Assembly (NCBI GenBank): GCA_963819655.1
Contig: CAWFXA010000001.1
Coordinates: 288,001 to 352,000, forward strand
Source: an uncultured Chloroflexia bacterium
GTDB taxonomy: Bacteria > Chloroflexota > Limnocylindria > Limnocylindrales > CSP1-4
DNA length: 64,000 bases
Reading direction: 5' to 3'
The notes beneath the pieces are model-generated. The model was not told where the DNA came from, made no database searches, and was given only the letters and a program-made list of their open reading frames with translations. The position numbers and the translations under genes are program-made. Below, piece after piece: positions 30,718-40,259 of the stretch. Each line of letters opens with the position of its first letter. Position 1 is the stretch's first letter.

Positions 30718-31751
30718 TGGACGAGATCCTCGGGAATGGCGCCGGACAGACCCGGACGACGGGGGACAGCCTCGACGTCGAGCGGGACTCCGACGTCCCG
30801 ATCTCGACGCAGATCTACTGGCAGCTCGCCTACCAGATCGACTCAGGGCGGCTGCTGTCGGGCGCACGCCTTCCGCCGGTCCGCGAACTCGGGGCGGCGC
30901 TGCGCGTCAATCCCAACACGATCAGGGCCGTCTATCGGCGCCTCGCCGATGCGGGCTACGTCACGAGCCGCCACGGCGCCGGCACCCACGTCGCCGATCG
31001 GCCGCCTCAGCGGCGCGGCGCGGAAGCCCTCGCCGGGATCGTGGCCGAGCTGTTGCGACGGGCGGCCCATGCCGGCTTCACGGCCGATGAGGTCGCCGCC
31101 GCGACGTTCGCGGCCGCTACGGAGCGGAAGCGTCCCGGACCCCTCGTCCGGGTGCTGTTCGCGGAATGCACCAGCGCCGACGCCGGCTACGACGCGGAGC
31201 GCTTGGTCGACGCGTTCCCCGGCATGATCGAGGCCGAGGGGGCGCTCATCGACGACCTGCCCGAGCGGCTCGACCGGTTCCACTACGACATCGTCGCGAC
31301 CACCACGTTCCACGCCGACGAAGCCCAGGTCCTGGCGGCCGGTCGGGTGCCAGTCGTCGCGATGCTCCTCGGACCGGGCTACCTGGAGCTGGTCCACGAG
31401 ATCGCCGGCCTCCCGCCCGGTTCACGCGTGGGGCTCGTCTGCGCGAACGAGCGTGGCGCGGAGAACATGCTCCAGACGCTCCAGCTGTCGGGGACGACCG
31501 GCATCGAGATCGTCCCCGCGCTCATCGGTGAGACGGACCGGCTCAAGGTCGTCGACGAGGCGTCCGACCTGATCCTGCTGTCACGCGAGGCTCTCGCCGC
31601 GGGTCTCGATCGGCAGATGCACGATCGCGACCGGATCCGGCCGTGGTCGTACGAGTTCGATCCGGCCGGGCTCGAGCTGCTTCGACGGGCCATCGACCAC
31701 GTGGCGGCCGAGCGGCCCGCCGAGCGGCTCGCCGAGGTTCCTGCCGGCTGA
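30717..31751 (+). CDS. GntR-family transcriptional regulator (YtrA-like wHTH plus long C-terminal domain)
   Basis: PISTQI, GARLPPVRELGAALRVNPNTIRAVYRRL, HGAGTHV; start could be 30696, 30711 or 30717. Confidence 0.9.
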   Translation: MDEILGNGAGQTRTTGDSLDVERDSDVPISTQIYWQLAYQIDSGRLLSGARLPPVRELGAALRVNPNTIRAVYRRLADAGYVTSRHGAGTHVADRPPQRRGAEALAGIVAELLRRAAHAGFTADEVAAATFAAATERKRPGPLVRVLFAECTSADAGYDAERLVDAFPGMIEAEGALIDDLPERLDRFHYDIVATTTFHADEAQVLAAGRVPVVAMLLGPGYLELVHEIAGLPPGSRVGLVCANERGAENMLQTLQLSGTTGIEIVPALIGETDRLKVVDEASDLILLSREALAAGLDRQMHDRDRIRPWSYEFDPAGLELLRRAIDHVAAERPAERLAEVPAG

Positions 31752-31783
31752 CGATGGCCATAGGCGCATGCCATCCTTCGACG

Positions 31784-34700
31784 ATGGGTGGTCTGGCCCG
31801 GCGAGACTTCCACGTCCGCCGCTCGGCGCGCGATCGGTACGGCATCGATGAGGTCCTTCTCGGCCTTCGCGGCGACCTCGCCGTCGCCGACCTCGCGGCG
31901 ATCAGGGTCCTCGCCCAGCGGATGAACGAGGCGCGCCCGCCGGAGGCGCCGGGCGTCTCGGCGGGTGAGATCGGCGCCCTCGGCCTTCTCCACGAGGTCG
32001 GCCACCTGCTGGTCATGCGCCAGGCCGCTGCGGGCGGACCGACGATGGCGACCGCGATGCGCGAGGTGCGGCGCGATCTGCGCGACGACCTCGACCGCCT
32101 GCTCGATCGGTTCGCTGCAGCGTTCCCCGGGGTCGGCCAAGAGCCGGAGCCGGCGCTGGCCCGCCTCGAGGAGCTGCTGCTCACCCGGGTCGCCAACGAA
32201 AACCCGGCGATCGGCCCGTTGCGGGAGCTCGTGGACGATCGGATCCTCGCCGACGGGACGCGCTACCAGGAGGCGATCGCGGGCCTCGAGGAGGCGTTCG
32301 ACGCGAGGGCGGTGCTCGACCCCGGCGATGGCACGAGGACCTCGCTCGTCGACCTGCTGCGTGCCCCGGCACGCCATGCGCCGACGTCGCTGTCCGGGCA
32401 GCTTCGGTACGTCCGTGAGACGTGGGGCGCCCTGCTCGGCTCGGATCTCGAATCGCTCATCGGGCGGCTCGGCATCGCGATCGGGATCATGGCCGAGGAG
32501 GAACGCTCACTCCACCAGCGGTTCGGCGGCGGCGGTGACCGCGGCGAGGTCCATACACCCTCGTTCGGTGGCCTCGCCGACGAGCCGGAGCGGTTCTCGG
32601 TCGACTCGGCCTGGATGCCCCGCCTCGTGCTCGTGGCCAAGAGCACGTACGTGTGGCTCGATCAGCTGTCGCGGACGTTCCAGCGCGACATCCGGACCCT
32701 CGATGCTGTCCCCGACGAGGCGCTCGACCGCCTCGCGTCGTGGGGCGTGACCGGGCTCTGGCTCATCGGCCTGTGGCAGCGGTCGAAGGCGTCGGAGCGG
32801 ATCAAGCGCATGCGCGGAAACCCCGACGCGGTCGCCTCGGCGTATTCCCTCGACGACTACCGGATCGCCGATGACCTCGGCGGCGAGGGGGCCTATGCCG
32901 ACCTGCGCGACAGGGCCTGGGCCCGCGGCATCCGACTGGCCAGCGACATGGTCCCCAACCACATGGGCATCGATTCGCGCTGGGTCATCGACCACCCCGA
33001 GTGGTTCCTGTCGCTGCCGCGACCGCCCTACCCGGCCTATACGTTCACGGGTCCCGACCTGGCGCCCGACGAGCCGGCGGGCATCGTCCTCGAGGACCAT
33101 TACTGGAACGACAGCGATGCCGCGGTCGTCTTCAAGCGGTTCGATCGAGCGAGCGGCGACGAGCAGTTCATCTATCACGGCAACGACGGGACGAGCTTTC
33201 CCTGGAACGACACGGCCCAGCTCGACTTCCTGAAGGCGGACGTCCGCGAGCAGGTCGTCCAGACGATCCTCGACGTCGCCCGGCGGTTCCCCGTGATCCG
33301 GTTCGACGCCGCGATGGTGCTGGCGAAGCGCCACGTGCGACGGCTGTGGTGGCCCGAACCGGGGGCCACCGACAGCATCCCATCGCGGGCGCAGTACGCG
33401 ATGAGCCAGGCCGAGTTCGACAAAAGCATGCCGAAGGAGTTCTGGCGCGAGGTCGTCGACCGGGTCGCAGCCGAAGTGCCCGACACCCTGCTGCTCGCCG
33501 AGGCCTTCTGGATGCTCGAGGGCTACTTCGTGCGGACGCTCGGCATGCACCGGGTTTACAACAGTGCGTTCATGCACATGCTCCGCGACGAGAACGTGGC
33601 CGGCTACCGGAGGCTCATCCGCGAGACCCTCGAGTTCGATCCGGAGATCCTCAAGCGATACGTCAACTTCATGACCAACCCGGACGAAGAGACGGCGCTC
33701 GAGCAGTTCGGCAAGGGCGACAAGTACTTCGGCGCGGCGACGGTCCTCGCGACGCTGCCCGGGCTGCCGATGCTCGGCCACGGCCAGGTCGAGGGGTTCG
33801 GCGAGAAGTACGGCATGGAGTACCGCCGCGCGACTCTCGACGAGCAGCCGGACCGCTGGCTGGTGGAGCGACACGAGCGCGAGATCTTCCCGTTGCTCCA
33901 CCGGCGGGACTGGTTCGCGGAGGCGCACGACTTCCTGATGTTCGACTTCCACACCGACGGCGGCGCGATCGATGAGAACGTCCTGGCCTACTCGAACGGC
34001 CACGGCCCGACCCGTTCGCTCGTGGTGTTCCACGACCGCTTCGGCTCGACGGCAGGCACGATCCGTGAGTCGACGGCCTACGCGCGCAAGTCGGCGAGCG
34101 GGGCCAAGCGCCTGGTCCGCCGGTCGCTCGCCGATGGCCTGGGCCTGCCCGACGACCGCTCGATGTTCGTGACCTTCCGCGACGCCCGCACGGGCCTTGC
34201 CTACCTGCGCTCGTGCCGCGATATCCGCGAGCGCGGGCTGTGGATGGCGCTCGATGCGTACCAGGGCCACGTGTTCTGGGAGTTCCGCGAGCTGGCGGAC
34301 GGGGTCGCCGGGCAGTGGCGCCGCCTCGCCGAACGGCTCGGCGGCCGTGGCGTGGCGTCCCTCGACGAGGCGCTCCGCGAACTCCTGCTGGAGCCCGTCC
34401 ACGAGCCCCTCCGGGCGCTGTTCGACGACGGCCATATCGCCGCCGTCCTCGACGGCACGGCCACGGACACCGATCTCGATGTGCTCGAGGAGCGGCTGGC
34501 GGCCGTGCTGGGGGCGGTGGCGACGGCGACACGCGTGTCGGGTGACCCCGTGCTGACCGCGGCACGCATCCGCGACGAGGCGTCGGCCACGTACCGCGAT
34601 GGGGCCGACGAGCTGTCGCGTGGTGACCGCGCGGCCCTGCTCGGCTGGCTGGTCCTGTCGCGACTCGGCGAGCTCGCCCCGGGAGCCGACGTGGGACTGA

Positions 34701-35167
34701 CGAGCCTGGCGTGGTACGACGAGCTGCGCATGGCCCCGATCGTGGCGTCTGGGTTCCGTTCGGTCGGCATCGACGAAGGGGGCGCGTGGGGCGCAGCCGA
34801 CCTCGTCCGGGTGCTGCTCGCGCTGCCGCGCCCGTCCACCATCCGGGGTCGGGGGCGGCAGGGCGACCTGCGCCTCCTCGAGGGCTGGCTGACGCGCGAC
34901 ACGATCCGCGCGGCGATGGGGCTCAACACCTGGGAAGGCGTCGAGTGGCTCGATCGCGAACGTTTCGCGAACCTGCTCCGGTGGGCCGTCCGCCTGGATG
35001 CCATCGAGACCGGCCGCGACCCGGACACGAAGTTCGTGGACCGCCTGACCCGAGCCGCCGAGAAGGCCGGCTACCGGGTCGATGCGCTTCTGGAGATCCT
35101 CAGCCAGCCGGCTCCTCGGCGAGGAGGCGGCGCAGCAGCGACGTCGGCGGAGCCCCGTGACCGATGA
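31784..35167 (+). CDS. Large GH13 alpha-amylase-family glycoside hydrolase
   Basis: DMVPNH, RFDAAM, AEAFW, NPDEE; long N- and C-terminal extensions. Confidence 0.9.
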   Translation: MGGLARRDFHVRRSARDRYGIDEVLLGLRGDLAVADLAAIRVLAQRMNEARPPEAPGVSAGEIGALGLLHEVGHLLVMRQAAAGGPTMATAMREVRRDLRDDLDRLLDRFAAAFPGVGQEPEPALARLEELLLTRVANENPAIGPLRELVDDRILADGTRYQEAIAGLEEAFDARAVLDPGDGTRTSLVDLLRAPARHAPTSLSGQLRYVRETWGALLGSDLESLIGRLGIAIGIMAEEERSLHQRFGGGGDRGEVHTPSFGGLADEPERFSVDSAWMPRLVLVAKSTYVWLDQLSRTFQRDIRTLDAVPDEALDRLASWGVTGLWLIGLWQRSKASERIKRMRGNPDAVASAYSLDDYRIADDLGGEGAYADLRDRAWARGIRLASDMVPNHMGIDSRWVIDHPEWFLSLPRPPYPAYTFTGPDLAPDEPAGIVLEDHYWNDSDAAVVFKRFDRASGDEQFIYHGNDGTSFPWNDTAQLDFLKADVREQVVQTILDVARRFPVIRFDAAMVLAKRHVRRLWWPEPGATDSIPSRAQYAMSQAEFDKSMPKEFWREVVDRVAAEVPDTLLLAEAFWMLEGYFVRTLGMHRVYNSAFMHMLRDENVAGYRRLIRETLEFDPEILKRYVNFMTNPDEETALEQFGKGDKYFGAATVLATLPGLPMLGHGQVEGFGEKYGMEYRRATLDEQPDRWLVERHEREIFPLLHRRDWFAEAHDFLMFDFHTDGGAIDENVLAYSNGHGPTRSLVVFHDRFGSTAGTIRESTAYARKSASGAKRLVRRSLADGLGLPDDRSMFVTFRDARTGLAYLRSCRDIRERGLWMALDAYQGHVFWEFRELADGVAGQWRRLAERLGGRGVASLDEALRELLLEPVHEPLRALFDDGHIAAVLDGTATDTDLDVLEERLAAVLGAVATATRVSGDPVLTAARIRDEASATYRDGADELSRGDRAALLGWLVLSRLGELAPGADVGLTSLAWYDELRMAPIVASGFRSVGIDEGGAWGAADLVRVLLALPRPSTIRGRGRQGDLRLLEGWLTRDTIRAAMGLNTWEGVEWLDRERFANLLRWAVRLDAIETGRDPDTKFVDRLTRAAEKAGYRVDALLEILSQPAPRRGGGAAATSAEPRDR

Positions 35168-36869
35168 CCGACTCGAGGTGTTGTCGATAGCGGAAGCCGG
35201 GGGTCTCGCCGAAGCCGCCGGGTAGGGCGCCCGGCTGGATCGCGTCTGGAGCGGCGCCCGCGGCGCGGGCCGCGCGGCGGCGGGCCTCGAGTTCGATGTC
35301 CCACATCTCGATCGACCCCGCGAAGTACGTCGAGAGCTGGGTCGACGACAGGCGCGCGCGCTTGTACTTGTTGCGGGCCTCGGCCTCTTCCTGGAACCCG
35401 CCGTCGACCATGAGCGCGACGGCCGCATCCTCGGTCATCCCGTGGCAGTGGATCCGGGCGTCGATGATCGCGTTGGTCACCGACCGCAGGTAGAACTTCC
35501 AGTGCGTGAGCATCAGGGCCGGATCGTCGGCGCCGTAGCCCGCGTCCATCATCACCTGGGTGACGTAGACCGCCCAGCCCTCGGCGAACAGTCCGCTCTG
35601 GAAGATGCTGCGCGGCAGCGATGTCGACCGGTTGGCGTACACGCCTTGGAGGTAATGGCCGGGCACGGCCTCGTGGATCGCCAGGAGCCGCAGCATGCGG
35701 TCGTTGTCCTCGCGCAGGTACGACTCGCGTTGCTCGGGCGACCAGTCGTCCGGGATCGGCGTGATCGCGAAGAAGGTCGTGAGGCCCTTGTCGAGCGGCC
35801 CCGGCGAGATCAGCATCGCGCCGCCGTAGGCGCGCAGGAAGACCGGCGTCCAGCGGATATCGAGCGGCTCGTCGACGATGCCGATGAGGTCCCGCTCGGC
35901 GCAGAACGCATCGATCCGCGTGACCTCGTCGCGGCAGAAGTCGAGCAGCTCGGCCGGGACCTGATGTTGGTCTGCGATCGCGTCAAGGACGCCGCGGACG
36001 AGCGTGCCTTCCTCGGTGGGGACGGGTTCGTCGCCGCGCCAGGCGGGCCACAGGTCGCGCGCGAGCCGGACCATCTCGGCGCGGATCGCGGCGTACTCCC
36101 GATCAGCCGCATCGAGGATCCCCTCCGGCGTGAGCGTCTCGGAGCGCATCGTGTGCCGCATCTTGCGAGCGAACAGGTCGGTGCCCAGGCGGCCGTCGCC
36201 CTCACTTTTCGGGAGGACCTCGTCGGAAAGGTGACGCCCGAACCCGTCGAGCGCCGCCTTGGCTGCCGCGGCCGCGTCGTCCAGTCGGGGGCGGAGCTCG
36301 GCCACGGCCGGATCCGTGGACGCCGCGGGATCGGCGGCCGCGAGCGCCTCGTCGATCAGGTCGGCGATGCCGGGGAGCTGCTCCAGGGCGGTCTCGGTCT
36401 GGAACCTGCCGACGGGACGGCCAGGTCCGGCGCCGACGAGCGTCTCGCGCGCACCATCGATCACGGCCTCCAGGCCCTCGAGCCGCTGCGCCACGCTCGC
36501 GAGTCGATCGGACAGCGGCGCGAACTCACGGGCGAGCAGCGGGAAGAGGCCATCGCCGAGCAGGTACACCCACGCCAGCGGGTCCCACGCATCGTCCCGC
36601 AGCTCGGTCTCCGAGAACCGCATCGCGTCGAGCTCCTGGAGCACGAGGTCGCGATCGATGGCCTCGTCGCGGGTGAGATCGGGCGCCGCCAGCGCGCCGA
36701 ACACCGCGCTCCAGCGCGCGATGAACGCGAGCCGCGCCCGACGGCCGTCGGCCGTCACGTCGGGCCAGCGCCCGTCGTAGCGGTGGTCGCCGATCGACGT
36801 CGCGGCGACCGGCTCGAGCTCGACGAATGCGTCGAGGAACGCCTGGAAGGTGTCGGGGAAGGCGGGCAT
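35100..36869 (-). CDS. DUF885-family protein (putative metallopeptidase)
   Basis: HEAVPGHYLQ, FAEGWAVY, IDARIH, QLSTYFAG. Confidence 0.9.
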   Translation of the reverse strand: MPAFPDTFQAFLDAFVELEPVAATSIGDHRYDGRWPDVTADGRRARLAFIARWSAVFGALAAPDLTRDEAIDRDLVLQELDAMRFSETELRDDAWDPLAWVYLLGDGLFPLLAREFAPLSDRLASVAQRLEGLEAVIDGARETLVGAGPGRPVGRFQTETALEQLPGIADLIDEALAAADPAASTDPAVAELRPRLDDAAAAAKAALDGFGRHLSDEVLPKSEGDGRLGTDLFARKMRHTMRSETLTPEGILDAADREYAAIRAEMVRLARDLWPAWRGDEPVPTEEGTLVRGVLDAIADQHQVPAELLDFCRDEVTRIDAFCAERDLIGIVDEPLDIRWTPVFLRAYGGAMLISPGPLDKGLTTFFAITPIPDDWSPEQRESYLREDNDRMLRLLAIHEAVPGHYLQGVYANRSTSLPRSIFQSGLFAEGWAVYVTQVMMDAGYGADDPALMLTHWKFYLRSVTNAIIDARIHCHGMTEDAAVALMVDGGFQEEAEARNKYKRARLSSTQLSTYFAGSIEMWDIELEARRRAARAAGAAPDAIQPGALPGGFGETPGFRYRQHLESVIGHGAPPTSLLRRLLAEEPAG

Positions 36870-36935
36870 CGAAGAAGTCTAGAGGCGATGCCCGCCGATG
36901 ATCGAAACCGGTCACCGCCCGGCTACCATCGGCGG

Positions 36936-37529
36936 ATGGGACAGACCTGGGTGACGCCGGTGACGCTGACTGGTCGGCGCGTCCGGATGGAGCCGCTCGC
37001 CGACCGTCACCTCGAGGACCTCGCCCGCGTCGCGTTCGACGACGCGATCTGGCGGTGGACGATCACGCAGCCGATCACCGACGCCCGCCTGCGAGCGTGG
37101 CTCGATGTGGCGCTGACGAATGCCGAGGCCGCCACCGAGGTCCCGTTCGCGACGGTCGACATCGCCTCGGGCCGGGCGATCGGGAGCAGCCGCTACATGT
37201 CCATCGTTCCGGAGAATCGCAGACTCGAGATCGGCTGGACGTGGATCGGGACCGGGTTCCAGCGGACCGGTGCCAACCGCGAGGCGAAGCTGCTCCAGCT
37301 CAGCCACGCATTCGAAGCGCTCGAGGCAGAGCGCGTCGAGTTCAAGGCCCATGCCCGGAACGTCCAGTCGCGGACGGCCCTGCTCGGGATCGGCGCCACC
37401 TTCGAGGGCGTCCACCGTCGCCACACGATCATGCCCGACGGGTCGATCCGCGATTCCGCGTACTTCAGCGTCATCGCCCCGGAATGGCCCGCCGTCAAGG
37501 CCCGGCTCGAAGGGCTCCTGGCCCGATGA
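36936..37529 (+). CDS. GNAT N-acetyltransferase (RimJ/RimL-like)
   Basis: LEIGWTWI, QRTGANREAKLL, RVEFK, GATFEG. Confidence 0.9.
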   Translation: MGQTWVTPVTLTGRRVRMEPLADRHLEDLARVAFDDAIWRWTITQPITDARLRAWLDVALTNAEAATEVPFATVDIASGRAIGSSRYMSIVPENRRLEIGWTWIGTGFQRTGANREAKLLQLSHAFEALEAERVEFKAHARNVQSRTALLGIGATFEGVHRRHTIMPDGSIRDSAYFSVIAPEWPAVKARLEGLLAR

Positions 37530-38551
37530 GCCCCGACCTGGAGTCCGTCCAGCGCCCGATCCGGACCGTGGACTACCACACGGCCGGCGAGCCGTTCCGG
37601 ATCGTGACGGGCGGCATCCCGGAGCTGGAGGGTCGGACGGTCCTCGAGCGGCGACGCTGGGCACATGACAACCTGGACGACATCCGCCGGCTGATCGTCA
37701 ACGAACCACGCGGTCACGCCGACATGTACGGCGGGTTCGTCACGCCACCGAACGACGACTGGGCCGATCTCGGCGTCGTGTTCTTCCACAACGAGGGCTA
37801 CTCGACCGCGTGCGGCCACGGGACGATCGCGCTGGTGACGTGGGCGGTCGAGACGGGTCGGGTCGCGGTCGCGCCGGGGGCACGCTCGGTCGACCTCACG
37901 GTCGACGTGCCCAGCGGCCGGCTGGCCTGCACGGCTCGCCTCGACGCGGATGGCCAGGTCGAAGCCGTCCGCTTCCGCAACGTCCCGTCGTTCCTGCTCG
38001 CGCGGGACGTGACGGTCAGGCTCGGCGACCGTCTCATGACCCTCGACGTGGCGTTCGGCGGCGCGTTCTACGGGATCGTCGAGGCCGCTCCGCTGGGCCT
38101 TCGGCTCGAGGCGGTGGATCTCCCACTGCTCATCGACCTGCAGCGCGAGCTGCGCCCGGTACTCCAGCGTTCGCTGTCGGTCGTCCACCCCGACGAGCCC
38201 GAACTCGGCGGGATCTACGGCGTGATCTTCTGGGAGCGCCTCGGGCCGGCCGAGCAGCGCAACGTGACGGTCTTCGCCGATGGCGAGATCGACCGCTCGC
38301 CGTGTGGCTCGGGAACGTCGGCGCGGCTGGCGATGCTGCACGCCCGCCGCGAGCTGGCAACCGGCGAGCTGTTCCGCCATCGATCGATCGTCGATTCGGT
38401 GTTCGATGCATGGGTCGTGGCCGACGGCCCGCCGATCGGTGGACACGCCTCGGTGATCACCGAAGTCGAGGGGTCCGCATACCGGACCGGGGAGGCGTTG
38501 TTCACGCTCGACCCGCGCGACCCCCTCGGGACGGGATTCCTGCTTCGCTGA
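37526..38551 (+). CDS. Proline racemase family (Cys/Cys type; hydroxyproline epimerase/racemase-like)
   Basis: DYHTAGEPFR, EPRGHADMYG, STACGHG, DRSPCGSG; ATGA overlap. Confidence 0.9.
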   Translation: MSPDLESVQRPIRTVDYHTAGEPFRIVTGGIPELEGRTVLERRRWAHDNLDDIRRLIVNEPRGHADMYGGFVTPPNDDWADLGVVFFHNEGYSTACGHGTIALVTWAVETGRVAVAPGARSVDLTVDVPSGRLACTARLDADGQVEAVRFRNVPSFLLARDVTVRLGDRLMTLDVAFGGAFYGIVEAAPLGLRLEAVDLPLLIDLQRELRPVLQRSLSVVHPDEPELGGIYGVIFWERLGPAEQRNVTVFADGEIDRSPCGSGTSARLAMLHARRELATGELFRHRSIVDSVFDAWVVADGPPIGGHASVITEVEGSAYRTGEALFTLDPRDPLGTGFLLR

Positions 38552-38595
38552 GGGGCTATCCTCGCGATGGGGCAGGACAAACGGGAGGGATCAGG

Positions 38596-38979
38596 ATGCG
38601 TGGTTTCATCATCGGGACGCTCGCGACCGCGGTCACGTTCGGGATCGTCGCGTATTTCCTGCCGCAGATCGACTACGGTGACAACATCCCGAGCTTGATC
38701 GTGGTGGCGCTGATCGCCGGCGTGATCAACGGCTTCATCAAGCCGATCATCAAGCTCTTCTCTCTGCCCCTGACGTTGATGACGTTCGGTCTGTTCGGGC
38801 TCGTCATCAACGCCGGCCTGCTGCTGCTGATCGCCTGGGTGTCGAGCCTCCTCGGCATCACGTTCACGGTCGGCGGCTTCCCGCCGGACCTGTCGATCGA
38901 TGCGATCGTCGCCGCGGTGATCGGTGGCATCGCCATCTCGATCGTCGGGTCCCTCGTGGGTATGGCGGTCCCCGACTGA
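38596..38979 (+). CDS. 4-TM membrane protein (YvlD/DUF360, often labelled phage holin family)
   Basis: GVINGFIKPIIKLFSLPLTLMTFGLFGLVINA; GGAGG RBS. Confidence 0.85.
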   Translation: MRGFIIGTLATAVTFGIVAYFLPQIDYGDNIPSLIVVALIAGVINGFIKPIIKLFSLPLTLMTFGLFGLVINAGLLLLIAWVSSLLGITFTVGGFPPDLSIDAIVAAVIGGIAISIVGSLVGMAVPD

Positions 38980-40238
38980 CGCTCAGCGCACGACAAGCGG
39001 CGGCACTCCGGGGCGCCGCCGCCCGTTTCGGCACGCCGGTCTTCGTCACCGATCTCGCGACCCTGGCCGCGGCGTGCGCGGACACGACGACCGCGTTCCC
39101 CGACCCGATCATCCGCCAGTACTCGGTCAAGGCGAACGATGTCCCGGCCGTGATCGCGGCCGTGACCGAGCGCGGCTTCGGGGCGAATGTCGTGTCGCGC
39201 GGGGAGTGGGCGCTGGCGCGCCGAGCCGGTGTCCCGAATGAGCGCATCACGCTCGAGGGGATCGGCAAGACCCCGGCCGACCTGCGCGCCGCCGCGCGCG
39301 CCGCACGCGACGGCGAGCCGCTGCGCTGGATCGCCCTCGAGTCGCCGGAGGAGGCCGAGGCGCTCGCGACGGAGGCAACCCGCGTCGATGCGCCGCGCAT
39401 GGACGTCCTGTACCGGCTCAACCCCGATGTTGCGCCCGAGACGTTGACAGGCCTCGCGGTCGGAGCCGGGGCAACGAAGTTCGGCATGACCGAGACGGAG
39501 ATCGGGACGGCGATCGAGGCCGGGGGCGGGCCCGACGGCCCGCTCCGCTCGCGCGGCATCCACCTCCATGTCGGGTCGCAACTGGGTGCGGTCGATGCGT
39601 GGCGCGACGCGGTGCGCAAGACGCTGGCGCTGGCCGCCCTCTGGCGCGGCTCGATCGAGTCGTTCGACACGGTCGATCTCGGCGGCGGGTTCCCGATCCG
39701 TCCGACCGACGAGCCATCACCGAGCCCGGAACGCTTCGCGCGCGAGCTCGGCCCGTTGCTGGCGGCGGTCCCCGAGGACCGTCGCCCGACACGCCTGGCG
39801 ATCGAACCCGGACGCGCGCTCGTGGCGAGGGCCGGGTGGCTCGTAGCGCGCGTCCTCCATGTGCGCGACCGCGCCGGACCCCAGGTGATCCTGGACGCGG
39901 GTATGACCGAGCTGATCCGTCCCGCGCTGTACGGCGCGCGTCACCCGATCGTCGCGTTGACGTCAGGCGGCCGTCCGGTCGATGCGACACCTGGACCGGA
40001 CGCGATGTCCCCGGTGCGTGTCGAGGGCCCGATCTGCGAATCGACCGACTCGCTCGGGACGCACGACCTCCCTCTTCTGCGGCGCGGGGACATCGTGGCG
40101 ATCGCCGACGCCGGCGCGTACGCGGCGTCGCTCGGTTCTGCGTACAACGGGCGCCCGCGGCCACCGCAGGTCCTCCTCGCCCCGGACGGGGGTCTGGCCC
40201 TCGGCCGGCGGCGTGGCACGCTCGCCGCCCTCGGCTGA
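38976..40238 (+). CDS. lysA: Diaminopimelate decarboxylase, probable CTG start
   Basis: FGTPVFV and the PLP-lysine motif YSVKAN lie upstream of the first canonical start (39150); KFG, HVGSQ, GGG, EPGR, CES, GAY, YN. Confidence 0.85.
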   Translation: MTLSARQAAALRGAAARFGTPVFVTDLATLAAACADTTTAFPDPIIRQYSVKANDVPAVIAAVTERGFGANVVSRGEWALARRAGVPNERITLEGIGKTPADLRAAARAARDGEPLRWIALESPEEAEALATEATRVDAPRMDVLYRLNPDVAPETLTGLAVGAGATKFGMTETEIGTAIEAGGGPDGPLRSRGIHLHVGSQLGAVDAWRDAVRKTLALAALWRGSIESFDTVDLGGGFPIRPTDEPSPSPERFARELGPLLAAVPEDRRPTRLAIEPGRALVARAGWLVARVLHVRDRAGPQVILDAGMTELIRPALYGARHPIVALTSGGRPVDATPGPDAMSPVRVEGPICESTDSLGTHDLPLLRRGDIVAIADAGAYAASLGSAYNGRPRPPQVLLAPDGGLALGRRRGTLAALG

Positions 40239-40259
40239 CGCGCCGCTATGCTGCGGGCC

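Noticed and set aside
32507-35428. Very long antisense or alternative-frame ORFs (also 50228-52699, 40536-42539, 28578-30557, 171-1712)
   Set aside because: Shadow ORFs expected at ~70% GC opposite clear genes; Arg/Pro-rich or V/E/D-biased, with no motifs.
35442-36935. Long N-terminal extensions of GNAT, proline racemase, sodX, glgP and TlpA in the ORF track
   Set aside because: They overlap neighbouring genes; downstream starts with -10, RBS or overlap support fit the families.
38596-38979. Phage holin or prophage
   Set aside because: YvlD/DUF360-type proteins are ordinary chromosomal membrane proteins; no phage genes nearby.
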